A DNA stretch of 64,000 nucleotides from Convolutriloba macropyga (taxonomy: Eukaryota), in the NCBI RefSeq assembly GCF_964194025.1, contig NC_134470.1, forward strand, positions 59,272,001 through 59,336,000, given 5' to 3'. The notes under the pieces are model-generated. The model did not search any database, had not been told where the DNA came from, and saw only the letters and a program-made list of their open reading frames with translations. The position numbers and the translations under genes are program-made. Position 1 is the first letter of the stretch, and each line of letters opens with the position of its first letter. Positions 1 through 12,330 of this stretch are shown piece by piece.

Positions 1-97
1 ACAACTAACATTTCCGAAACAAAACTTCTAACTTCAGTAACAAAATTTTGGTCACGTCAAAAGGAATCAGTTTTGATTTACTTTTGTACATTTACAG

Positions 98-227
98 GGA
101 ATTCTGTGTGAAAAAAGTGGTAAGAGAGGACAACTTCACAGCTCTGATTCAGAGAGAACACTTTGCAAGTCTCCAGTCACACATCATTGTGGACCTGATT
201 CGCAGACATAAACACGTCAATAACCAG
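98..227 (+). CDS. LZTR1: LZTR1 internal exon (end of first BACK domain); gene begins upstream of the window
   Basis: Acceptor tttacAG ends at 97 and donor GTattt starts at 228. Translation EFCVKKVVREDNFTALIQREHFASLQSHIIVDLIRRHKHVNNQ resembles recalled human LZTR1 [36 protein letters not shown]. Confidence 0.88.
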
Positions 228-362
228 GTATTTAATTGCTCTGAGACGAAATTTAGCAATTATAGTCCCATTTTATGCGATTTTTAATAATGCGATTTTT
301 TGTACTACCGACCTTTCGTCTTAGTTTTTTCGTCTAACCACCAATTTTTTGTCCGGCTTCAG

Positions 363-605
363 GTGCAATATGGGCCCCCATCGTCACCTCAAAGTTCCTG
401 GACGACTGCTGCTCAAGCTGCCACGGGTGATCAGCAATACACTGCACACTCGCCCACTTCACAACTGGCATCTTTTTCATTAGGTACAAATCAGCAGTCC
501 TACCAGCAACAGTGTACGATGCCACAACAGGATAATCACTTGGAAGAGGGCACTCTAGCTTTGGATCTGTTCAATTTACTCCAGATCAGCTATGCTCCTC
601 AACGG
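363..605 (+). CDS. LZTR1: LZTR1 exon (Q/S/T-rich linker plus start of BTB2)
   Basis: Acceptor cttcAG at 361-362 and donor GTaaac at 606, phase 0/0, compatible with both neighbouring exons. EEGTLALDLFNLL corresponds to LZTR1 IGTSLIQDMKAYL. Confidence 0.8.
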
Positions 606-822
606 GTAAACCTAATATCAATCTAAACAAATCAGCTTTCAGCTCTTTATCTTGCATATGTTCGCTGCGAAACTAGCTCGGATTACATTGTAAATGAAGC
701 GCAAACTTTTAAGGTTCACAAATAAATAAATGCGAATTTGCTCCTAGAGTTATCAATTGCATGACTAAACATTTCATTTCGCATAATATACAAACGCTAC
801 AGGACATCGGACCAAGGTTATC

Positions 823-2621
823 ATTGCTCTCAAACGAAGTGTGCAGCAATTATATTAGTCTCCTGTGGTCTTTTTTAATGCGACTAGCCGTAGTGATACA
901 AAACGCACTAACAATCTGTCGTTTTAGTTAATCGGTTGTTTTTATTACGAGATTTAAAAGCATTATTTTTGAGAAGCAATGAAATTTGTTCTCACATGCT
1001 AATATCTGGGACCACAGTAACTTAGGAATATAAATTGAATTTGCTACTGTGTTTCTTTCTCCATGCCTTTGAACAAACTGCATTATTTTAAGTAATATTT
1101 TCAAATCAAAGCAATTGTGGATTCATACAGGACCTAATAACAGAAAGATGAAACGGCAGATTAATGGGGCATCAATATTCCTTTTTTGTCAGAAACATAA
1201 TAACTCGTAATGATTCTTTCGCACAATCGAAGCGTCCTGTGAAAGTAGGCTAAATAAATAAAATTATACTGAAATTTTAAAAATTCCTAAAATTTTTGAA
1301 TAACTGAGCAAATAAGCTAAACTGTTTTAAGAGATGATTTGAAACAACATGTTTTTCTTGGAAAGCCCCGCATCAACGGAAAAATTGCCCTCTAATGCTT
1401 GTATTACCTATCACCCGATTTCCTCAGCTAGCATTCAATAATGTAACTCAGATGTGTCAACTGAGGATGACTCACTTTCATTCAAGGGAGCTTTTGCTAA
1501 TTATAGAATTTATGCAAATTCCTCTAATTAAAATTAAAACACCACAGAAAAACTTTTTAAATCATGTTCTTTCGTTGTTACTTTGGGACTACAAAGAGTT
1601 TTTGAAACCCTTGTGTATTGGCTTTTGAGTTATGTTGATGAGAATGTCACAACTGAAACTGAAAGTGTAGTGAAAACTCAGTTGATAGATGTAATTTTTT
1701 AATGTTGATTTGCTGCTTGTTTACATACGGCGTTTTTTATTGATTTTAAATTTTTGGTGGAGTTAATGTGTTGGTCCTTTTTTATGCCACACATTTGCAT
1801 GACCGATTTGACTTTTCGAGTGACTTTTGCGCGCCTGACTCTTTTCGTTTTGCGTGATCTAAATTTCTCTCATTCAAAGGTGTCAGAAGCTTAAATCAAT
1901 TGGCGACAGTTCACTACTACAATTCAAATGAAAAGTGCGCCAGGGTTAGTGTGATTTTTTATAGCTGCGATGCTGTAAGCTGAGCAGAGCTATATTGCGG
2001 TTTTTTGTTTCGTCGTCTGACGCTTTTTCGTTTCACATTTGTTCACAAAGCAAAGCTGAAAAGGTCAAATTTTCTGAATTACTTCTTCCTCTCACTAACG
2101 GCTTTTGTGCGCGTGACGTCATTTCGCACTCTCTATCAAAAGTTTTTTTGCGTTATTAGAGTTTGATCACAGGTGAAATGACTTTTGCACTTTAAAACTA
2201 AGTTTATTTCGAATTCATATAAGGTCAAAGCAACTCATATGTGTAATAAAGGTCTCTAGTGAAAAGGGCTTCTGCGCAATGATTTTTAACAAGCTTTATT
2301 AATTTTTCGCTGTGTTTTTTTCATACCTTTTTGAGCGGCGTCAAAAATTTTTTCAACTTATATCTGCATCTGTTTCTATCTCTATTATACGGCACTCAAG
2401 TCTATTCTTTCGCAGCTATTCCGGCAATTTGCCGGCTTTGTTTTTCACTTTAAATTTCATTAGTGATTATAGTGGTATATAATAACCTCTAATGACGCCC
2501 TTTGAAGAAACCTTTGCTATTGAAGTTATCCCTCCCCCGACTGAAGCAGGCTGCAATAGATTAGTGCTACCACTAGTCGTTCGAGAGCAATTCTTCCGAC
2601 GTTAGTCGGTTATGTTTATTT
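823..2621 (+). mobile_element. Helentron-associated non-autonomous element (HINE/DINE-1-like), family 1
   Basis: 5' subTIR attgctctcaaacga (823-837) followed by partial IR agcaat. 3' subTIR tcgttcgagagcaat (2577-2591), then hairpin ccgac-gtta-gtcgg (2596-2609) and a T-rich end. No TSD. Confidence 0.7.
1955..2445 (+). mobile_element. HINE family 2 element nested in a family 1 copy
   Basis: subTIRs atagctgcga (1961-1970) and tcgcagctat (2410-2419), 3' hairpin ccggcaa-t-ttgccgg (2421-2435). Inserted in a T-run; the empty site is visible in the paralogous copy at ~4665-4690. Confidence 0.78.
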
Positions 2622-4479
2622 CGTCTCGATCATTTTGAAATATGTATGGTTTTAAGTTAAGAGTTTTATTGCACCACTCTTCAATTCTTTTCCAGAGATC
2701 TACCGGGTATGTTTTTAATTTGTTTTTGCACATTCTTCTGATGACTTTTAGCTCTCGAAACGGGATAACAGCTACAGCTCGACGGGCAATAAATTGCAAT
2801 AGAGGCCCTGAGCTGTCTATTGTAGTATGTTAGGTGCTTTAAATACTAAGTGCTTTGCTGGGAATGTTGAGGTATATTTTTTGGTAATGTAAACTTAATG
2901 CAAAAGTTTTAGTGAATTTTGCCATTTTTAAAAAAATTTTTGAACATTTTGTTTGAGGTTTTTTGTTTATGGGCGGATAAACATTTTTCAGGGCTAGCAC
3001 ATTGGTTAACGTTCTCGAAGATATGGTTCAATAATTTTGAAGATTTTTTCCGTAAATTTAACTTTTTTCACCAAATTTTGCCATTTCAACTTTCGTGAAA
3101 TTTTTAGACCTTCTTCAAGTTCCTTGGTCTTTAAAAGTCAATGGATTGTTTTGGGCTTGAATGTGGTTTGCTGGATTGTTTTTGGCTTCAACTAATTTGT
3201 TTGTAAAGATTTTAGTATCCAAATCTGAACAAGTTTTCACTAATGTTTGCCATTTTGTTCACGTTTTGGTGAAATTTTTGTCCTCTTGAGTAAGGGCCAA
3301 TGAATCGTTTTATGGTCTTGGTTACTTGATAGTTTTTTGCGAATGCGAAGAAGTTTTGAAGACATTGATATCAGGAAGTTTGGCAGCTTTCCATCAAAGT
3401 TTGGCATATTTTCAAGTTCGTGTTTAGTGGCCAAGGTTTAAGATAGAAAAATAGATAGTTAAATAGTTAAAAACAGTTAAATAGTTTTGAAAATACTGAA
3501 ATTGGGAATTTTGGCAACCTTTCATTAAAATCTGCCACTTTTTGCAAGTTCTTTTCTGAAAATTCTAAAAATTTTTCTTTTTCGTGTTTGTCATATTTAG
3601 GGGCCAATGATGCTGTTTGCAAGCTTGTGATTGTGTTATTGAGTAAATTTTACCAGTATTATTTTGATGTTTGAGGACAGTTTTAGTGAAACAACTTAAT
3701 GAAGATATTAAAATCGGGAATTTTAGCTATTTTTTTAATCTTTAGGGCCAAAAAATGTTATTTGCCAGCTCGCGATTGTCAATGGGTATATTCATCTAGT
3801 ATAAAATTGTTTTTGACATTGGTTGCAGTCATTTATTGTTTTTGCTGGTAAAGTTGTTATTTATTGTTAATTTTGGCTAATTTATACTTTTTTTCGTTTT
3901 TGCCTCTATTGGTATTGATATGCGTAAAGATTTTTGCTTGTCTGCAAGTTAGTTATTTTGTGTATTTTAGCATCGGTTAATTGGTTTTCATGACATTAAT
4001 ATGAATAATTTAGCGAAGTTTGCAACGATCTTGATACTTTTGTCAAGTTTTTGAAATGTTTTAAGTCATTTTCAATTTGTCTGAGCTGTAGTCACCAATG
4101 AAGATTTTTTGAGCTTTTTGCTGCCTTTGAATGTAATTAATAGAATTACAACTTTAGTTTTGAGGTCATTGACATCAATCATCAAGAAGCTGTTTTGAAT
4201 TTCCTGTATTTTTGCTAGTTTTTTTGCATGTTTCTGCCCGTTTATCAAGCGTACTTTGTTTTCGGTTCCAATTTTTTTAACTTTCCCACTGAAATTTTAG
4301 ATTGAAAACCATGCTATTCAACACGGTTATCCTGAAAGTTATCATGAACGCCGTTATTGTTTTACTCCACTTCTGTGAAACTAAGGTTTCTTTGATTCAT
4401 ATTGTTCATTTGTTCTGCTGGTCAGATAGTGGATTGTTCGTTTTTAAGTGCTCCTGAACGAAGTTCATAGCAATTATTG

Positions 4480-4872
4480 TAAACGCGTGTGTCTTTTTTA
4501 TGCAAAATTTTTGCTTGACAATTTTGACTTTTCGAGTGACTTTTACGCCCTTGATTTTTTGTGTTTCACGTGATCTAAAATTCTCTCTCAATAACAATTT
4601 CAAGAAGCTGAACTCAATTGGTGGCAATTTAATTCTAAAAGTCAAATGAAAAAAGCGCCGAAACTGGTGCCATTTTTTACTTTAAATCTTAATAGTGGTA
4701 TATGTTAACCTCTAATGTGGTTATTTGAAGCCTACTATTGAACTTCTTAGTCCCATTTAGGCTCCCCCTCCCTCCCTCCCTCCCTCCGACTGAAGCAGTC
4801 TGCAATTTATTTGAGCTCCCACAAGTCGTTCGAGAGCAATTCTTCCGACGTTTAGTCGGTTATGTTTATTCA
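4480..4872 (+). mobile_element. HINE family 1, 3' portion
   Basis: Similar to 1790-1960 plus 2440-2620. Ends gtcgttcgagagcaattcttccgacgtttagtcggttatgtttatt. Confidence 0.7.
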
Positions 4873-7436
4873 ATTCTCATTTCAGGACTTGTCCTGTAAT
4901 GTTTTGTCAAGATTTTTGTTACGACCATATGACATCACAATCACTTCAAATCTGTTTTTTGTTCTTTCATTGATGCAAGTTCAATTCAATTTCCATGGCA
5001 CCCTTAGTGGAGTGAGATTTTTGTTTATTCGCTTGATTAAGTTTTTGGTCACACGTGACTTACCTCACTCTCAAAAATGGCTTCTGCATTCTGCTTCCTC
5101 TCAAATATGACTTCCTCAAGTTTTCGGATTTTTGAAGACTTTTGTCATTTTTAATGGTTCATATTTTTTTTGAAAATTTGTACCTTTTTTCTTTGTCTCT
5201 TTGACATTAGTGGTGAATGAAAAAGGTAGTGAAAATCAAATGATTTTCAATATATTAATATCTTGATTTTGAGCGTTTTTAAATTATGCCAATTTTTTCA
5301 TGTTTTTGAAATATTGCCTTTTGCCTGTTTTTGTTTTATACGACTGGGCATTATTTCTATTTCTCTGCTGATTAGTTGTTCTGTACGGCCTTTCCGTACA
5401 TTATTGCTCTTCTGCTGTTCTGTTCATTATTATGACGAGTTTGAACAAACTATTAGAGTTTCTGGAAAATTTTGTTTAATTTGACAGTTTGTACATGTTT
5501 TCCTGTAGTTGTTTCTTATTACTCACGCAAATGTTCTATTATCAATAAATCTACCTGTTCTTTTGCCCTGGTTTTTGGGATAGGAATTACTGATTTCATT
5601 ACTTTAACAACAAATTAACAAAAGTTTGAATGTTATGATGTTTTTCGCTAAATATGTTGAATTGATCTTGTGAGTCTGGTGAATAAGTCATTAATTTTCT
5701 CATGTTCCTTTCATTTCTCGACTTGTCCTTTCATGTTTTTCACAATCTAAAGCGCACCTGTAACGTCTAAATCCTTTCGATTGTGAGAACAACGAGAGGA
5801 AAAAGTGTAAAAACTGTCAAAAACTTAAACAATAAAAATTTTTCCGAGAACTTCAATTCCAAATTCACCACAATCATTAGACATGAAACAGTTGAAAAAA
5901 GTGGGAACAGATCTTTAAAAGATAACGCACCAGTAACATCTAAATTATGTAGTAAATTGAGCGAAAAAGAGATTGTAAAAGAGAAAAACAAGAATGTTTG
6001 AACCGTGATTTTTTTGAAAAAATTACGTTTAAAGTGGAGTGAGAAATTTGTATTTGAACTCATTCGATTTTTCAAGCAATTTTACACGTGCGCCAATTAC
6101 CTATAATTGCTGTTTTCTCCTTGATTTCGACAACTGGTTTCAAAATTTGATACATGTGTTCTTATAATGCATAGTTGAAAGTTTTATTTTAAGTAGAGTT
6201 AATGGTTCATATGCCTTAGACTCTGTTTCTTTTAATAAAATATCAGTGATTTTTGTTTTTCGTGCTCTTGCAATTTTTCTTGTTGTTATTTTTCCTTATG
6301 ATTGGTTTTACTTCTCTCTAATAAGACGTGTTACAAGTTATCCAATAGTTTCACTTGGTATCTAGAATTATAACGGTTTCTTCTCAACTTGTCCTAAAAC
6401 ATTCAATGTGTTATCTTGTAGTCTCACTAATGAATGTTTTGAGTTTATAGTTGGTGTTTTTCAAGACTTTGAAACTATTTATTTTCTAAAATCTAATAAG
6501 GAGTAACTGTCGTTAATTTGTCGGCTTAAACTTTTACGTTCTTTTTGTCTCTTTTCATCTAACTGAACATCTAATGGTTGATTTATGACCTCTAATTTTG
6601 TATGTTATGCTTTTGTTAACGGTTTTTGATGTAGTTTTGTGTTTTCACTTTGACGCCACTAATTTTTAAAAAGATTGCGTTTTTGCATTTTTTCCAGTTT
6701 CTGATATTGATTTCGACAAGTTTGTTCTATTGTATACTCATTATATGGACGCGCTGCGTTAATGTTTATGTAAAGTGTTGTTTTTTGATATTTTTATTGC
6801 ATTAGATTTTGAAAAAAAATTAACTGTTATTAGGATTTTTTATTTGTCTGTTTCTGCTCGTATAATATTAGTTTCATCTGCTTTGTTTGGTGGTCATAGT
6901 TTGATATTGCTTTAAAAAAGTAAAAATGTTGGTTGTCAGGTCCTTAGTTATTTCATTCCTTCGGATTGTAATTCAGGACTTGTCCTGCTATGTTTTTATA
7001 GTTCGTCCTACCTTTCTATCAAGTTTTTCCTTGTACTTAATCACGACTTTCTTTTATGAAATCTGACTTAGGATTTGAACTTCGCAATGTAGTGAATACG
7101 ATCAAAAGAAATGGGATAAACCGATAAAGGACTGTCATGAAGTCATGGTAAATTAGGTATGTCAGAGTTCGTTAGAGAGATTGCTAGCGGACGTTAGTAT
7201 TAAGCTTGATACCCTTCATTTTAGAAGCTGAATGAATTCTATTTTTTTAAGAATCTAACTAAAACGACACACCAAATTTCAACTCTTTTTGGTACTGAGA
7301 AATTTTTTTGTCAATTTATCTTTTTCTGTTTAAATCCGATTGGCGTCAAGGGGCTCAATGGTAGCTTTTTTCCAGCAACTCGCCTGCTATGTTATTTTCC
7401 TAACTGACCAAATATTTTGCATGTAATCAAATACAG

Positions 7437-7490
7437 GACATTTACTAACTTTTACTGGAAATTCATGACATTTACTAACTTTTACTGTAG
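7437..7490 (+). promoter_or_regulatory. Duplicated branch point and 3' splice site (30-bp period)
   Basis: gacatttactaacttttactg occurs twice, giving perfect TACTAAC at 7443-7449 and 7473-7479. Only the second copy ends in AG. Confidence 0.8.
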
Positions 7491-7752
7491 GTGAATATTG
7501 GACGAAAGGATGACACTGCCATTGCTAGCCGAAGCACAGAAGCTGGATCTCCTGGACAACAATCGAATTTGGATACATTACGAGTAAGTGTGGATGATGC
7601 ACCAAGTGGAACATTGTCTTTCGGAACTACCACTTGTCTTAATGGACCTGATGGCTTAGAAGAATTTGCAGATGTTCAGCTAACATTTGGAGCCAACGTG
7701 CTCATCTATGCACACAGGGCTGTTTTAGCTGCCAGAAGTCAATATTTTCTCA
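7491..7752 (+). CDS. LZTR1: LZTR1 exon (BTB2 N-terminal half)
   Basis: TACTAAC branch point plus ctgtAG acceptor at 7490, GTAAGT donor at 7753. EFADVQLTFGANVLIYAHRAVLAARSQYFL is a BTB motif (LZTR1 [28 protein letters not shown]). Confidence 0.92.
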
Positions 7753-8340
7753 GTAAGTTCTCTCATTGTGATACCCGAGCTACCGATAATGCGATTTGGA
7801 ACTGTTTCCTTTCCCCTCTTGTAGATTATGAACCTCCACGATCGATGTTTTCATCGGATAGTTCAATCTTTTATTGGAATCTACAAAACATTATCAACAC
7901 AAATACAAGCTTTTTTCAGTTACAAGTGGCAATAAAAAAAAATGGTTGTGTGGGAAAAGGAAATGGTGACTTTGTTTTTTTAATTGCTCTCAAACGAAGT
8001 TTGTAGCAATTGTATTAGTCCTGTCGGTCTTGTTTAATGCGATTTTCCGCTTGACCGATCTTTCGTCTGACGCTTTTGGACTTTTCGTCCTCAAAAACGG
8101 GACAAACAGGTTGCGCCCAGCGGGCATTAAGTGCTCTTAGAGCGTTTCAGCTCTGCTGGGCGGGGGGTAAAACTTCCTAGAAATAAATATGGCAAAGTAA
8201 CTGATTTTTATATATTCCGCAAACGAAAATATGGATTTTCAAAGTGGCTCATGAAAGTCAATGGAAGCTAACAGTCATCTTAATAGCAGAGCTCTAACTT
8301 TGCAATTGAAGTTTATCAGACTATTGGGTTGTATTACTTT

Positions 8341-11050
8341 TTAATTGCTCTCAAACGAAGTTTGTAGCAATTATATTTGTCCTGTCGGTCTTTTTTTAAT
8401 GCGATTTTTCGCTTGACCGATTTTTCGTCTGACGCTTTTGACTTTTCGTCCTCAAAAACGGGATGAACAGGTAGCGACCAGCGGGCATTAAGTGCTCTTA
8501 GAGCATTTCAGCTCAAACTGTTTTGGAGACTTATACTTATGGTGTGAAGGGCGGATCTTAGAGGTTGAAGACACCCCCACTGTTGAACCCCCCCGCTATT
8601 GTCCCCCACCCCCCCACCGCGCTCTTGCCCGCCCCAACCCACTGTTGCCCCCCATCAGCTCCCGGTGCAGCCCCCCTCCCCCTTGCTAGCTACTGACGAA
8701 CAACTGCTTGCTAAAAACGCAAATTTATACTATTTTGGAATTTTTTTCAAGCTTTTTGAAAATTGTTTACATTTTTAAATTTTTATCAGCCCTAGGTGTC
8801 AAGGATCCTCCTAATAGGTTACTGCATTGTTTCCAGTGGTAATGGAATGTTTTTAATAGCCGCACAGCGATAGCTGAGGCTATTATTGGCCTTCTCTTGG
8901 TTTTTTTATTCGTCGTCGCGATTTTTGTTACGACCATATGACGTCACAACCACTTCAAAATCTGCTTTTTGTTCATTGGTTCATGCAATTTCAACTGAAA
9001 TGCATGTGTGACGTCATTTTTTGCTCGTAGTAGAGCGAGTTTTTTCGTTCTTTCACGTGATTAAATTTTTGGTCACACTTGACTTACCTCAATCTCAAAT
9101 ATGACTTCCTCAGTTTGATATTGACTTTTATTTACTTTAATTCAAAGATATAAGGTCAAATGGGTATGTGTCACTCTAAATGAAGGTTATTTGAGAGCAG
9201 CTAGTAGAGGCAGCAGAAACTTATACAGATTTTTAATCAAAATATATAACAAATCAGCCTTCAATGAAAAGACGAATTTTTTGGTCTGTCTTTTTTACTG
9301 TTTTTTAAGAGTGCAGATCTACGAAGCTATTGCGGCTATTTTCTGGCAACCCTCCAGCGATGTTCAAGATTTTAACATCACGAATTTAAGCATTTTTTTG
9401 ACAAAGTGTGCAATTTTTTTCAAATTCTTGGACACTATTTTCCCTTGTTGAGGTTTTTCCAGTCCCAGGGGCCTGAAAACATCCTAGGGGGTTTATTAAT
9501 AGGTTAATGACGAATTTTTTTGGCCTTGGCATAGTTTGTCAACTTCTTAATGTCGCAAATTTGAGCAATTTTTTGATAAAACTTGCTCTTTTTCAATTTC
9601 TTTTTTCATCTTTTTCCGTTTTTTTTAGGCTTTTTTCAGTCTCAAGAACCAAGGAACCTCCTCTGGGATTTGGAAATAGGTTATTTATAATTTCTAATTT
9701 AAATGCAATGTCTTGCAAGATTTTAACATCACGAATTTTAAAATTTTTTCCTACAAAACTTGCAATTTTTTTAATTTTATTGTCATTATTCAGGTTTTTT
9801 GAGCATCAAGAATCAGAAAACCTCCGTTATGATTTGATTATAAGTTACTAAAAAATTTTTGTTCGTCATTGGTTATTTTTCAACTTTTTAATCATAAGTT
9901 TTAAGAATTTGTTTTATAAAACTTTGCAACTTTGAATTTTTTTTTCATTGTTTAGGTTTCTCTAGCCTCAAGAGCCACGGAACTTCCTCTAGGGTTTGAT
10001 AATATTTTACTGCATAATTTATAGATGTAATGGAATGTTCTTCAAGATTTTAATAACAAGAATTTTAACTATGTTTTTCAAATATTTGCAATTTTTTCAT
10101 GTTTTTGAATTTTTTCCGGCAGCAAAGGCCCTGTAACCTCCAAGATTTGATATTAAGCGGCTGCATAGTTTCTAGAATTAATGGGATGGTGATCAATATT
10201 TTTATGACTCCATTTTTGTAATTTTTGGATCAAATTTAAATTTTTTTCGAATTTTTTGGAAAATTTTTATGTACCAAGTGTATGGATCTTTATGAGCCTG
10301 TGACAATATTTCGGGCTTGGGATAGGGATACCGAATAGCCTCTCAAGACAATGAAATGGTTCTTAAAATTTTATTATCTTGAATTTTAGCAAGATTTTGT
10401 TGAAATTATTAAAATTTCGTCCTTTTCTGAGTATAACGACTATTATTGGCCAACGAAACTTTTCAAGACTCGGCGACGGGTTACTTGACAGAAATTTTAA
10501 AACAAAAAATTGTTTTGAACTTTTTTTACCGTGAATTTGAAAACTTTTTTAATTTTGCCTTTTTCAGTTTTTTCTATCAAGGCTAGAAAATTTATTTACT
10601 ATCAAGGCTAGAAAATTTCTGTTCCCGTTGTATCTCTCTCCATTTCTTTTTCCCGTTTTATCTCTCTCTCTCTCTCTCTTTCCTTCTTTTTGTTGAGGCC
10701 GCACTTCAGCGGCGGTTATGTGGCGTAATGTCATCATCTCTGATCCTCATTAACAATGAGTTATTGTAGAATAGTTTTTTATCATAAATGACCTAACAGT
10801 CACTTTTTAGGAAATCTTTATTAATTGCTCTCGAAATCAATTTGTAGCAAATATATTAATCCTGTTTGTCTCTTTTATGCAATGTTTTGCTTGGTTGTTT
10901 TTTCGTCTCACCAATTTGTTTTTCGTCTTCAGAAACGGGATAAAAAGGTAGCACCCAGAGGTCACTAAACCGTGGCTAGCTGCTGACCAAGGCAACCGCT
11001 CGCCGGTCGTTTGAGAGCAATTCGCCCGACGTTATTCGGTTATGTTTATG
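8341..11050 (+). mobile_element. Long HINE family 1 copy with central degenerate ~150-bp tandem array (preceded by a truncated 5' end at ~7981-8160)
   Basis: 5' subTIR at 8343, C-rich tract, repeated 'aagattttaacatcacgaattttagcaattttt' units, 3' subTIR 11007-11022 and hairpin 11026-11039. Colinear with 13146-15090. An extra 5' end occurs at ~10823. Confidence 0.72.
8852..9364 (+). mobile_element. HINE family 2 element nested in the 8341-11050 copy
   Basis: subTIRs aatagccgca (8855-8864) and tgcggctatt (9331-9340), then hairpin ctgg...ccag. Interrupts the gaatgtttttcaagatt motif that is intact at ~14020-14035. Confidence 0.72.
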
Positions 11051-12330
11051 TAATTGGGCTCTTTATGCAGTTTTTGCAAATTCTTTGCTCGCAAAATCTA
11101 TACGAATTTCAAGACAATTTTTCGTCTGCTCGGGCGTTTCTGAAAGAGTAAGTATTTCTGTATTATTTCTGCGAAGCTGTAAGCTAAGCGGAGCTATATT
11201 GCGGTGCTCTTGGTTTTCTATGACTCGAAGAGGAAGAGGAGTATTGGTTTTTTAAGGTTTTTTTTAATCGGAAGTACTATTCGTTCGGACGGCGTTTTGA
11301 CCTAAAAAAGAAAGAGAAAATTTGTTGTGATTCAATCAGTGAATGGCTTTTTGACATTGAAAAGTGTTTTTTTTACAGAATGCCGCATATAGATAACCAT
11401 TTTTAGCCGTCTCTTCGTCCAATCGGCCCACTTCATTCGCTTATAATTTAGTTTTTTGTAGGTATAATTTTAAATAGAAACTGTATTAATATGTGAACCT
11501 CTGAAATTGATACCACAAACGTGATTTTGATATTCTAATAATGCGTTTTGAATTCCAAATGAGCACATATTCACTATTTTTATCTTTTTTAGCTTTTTTA
11601 AATTAAGTTTTTTTTGGATCTTAAAGCGGATTTTTTTTTTTCATTTTTCACAATTCGGTGCATATGGCAATTTACCTTATGTGAGGTATTTTTGTTTTGT
11701 AGCAAGGTACCCATGTTTGGCCTAGTTTCTTTTGTCTAATTTTTCTCAGTTTTTTTGGGTTTAATTACTTGAAAATCTTTTTGTGCGCTTTTGGAAAAGC
11801 GCCCAAAAAGCAATTTTGAAAAGGAATTGACAATTATATTGTAAAATATTTTTGTTTCCAATCTTTGAACCATGTTTCTACATTGTAATCTATACAGGAA
11901 GATGGCTGTCTATTTTTATACTAAATAAGGAAATGTAATTGTTCTTCTCTTCTTTTTCAGTTTAATTTTTAGCTTTCAAAAATCAATAACAAGTCTTTTC
12001 GTTTTTCATGTATTTTCGTATCTGTCCTCATTCTCTGCATTCTAGCTTGTATCAGTCTATCATTTTCCTGAGACCTATGGTTCTAATCAGCTCTGCTTTT
12101 ATTGGTTTTTAAAAATAGTGTTTTAAGCATTTTTTGGGTTCTTTAGATTTATACTTCGTCTAACTCTACTCCTTTTGTTTGCACTCTTTATAATTTTTTC
12201 TCTGTCTAATTCAGTAGCAAAAAGCGCAGGTGTTAAGCAAAGAAACTTTAAGTGAAAGCTATTGGTGTAAAAAAACGAAAGCAATTCAGCTACGTGATAA
12301 ATCTAAAAAGCTGCAGAACTAATACCCATT

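Noticed and set aside
7753-8006. 3' extension of ORF 7491-8006 as coding
   Set aside because: BTB similarity stops at a GTAAGT donor and resumes at 15539; the remainder is intron and runs into a HINE terminus.
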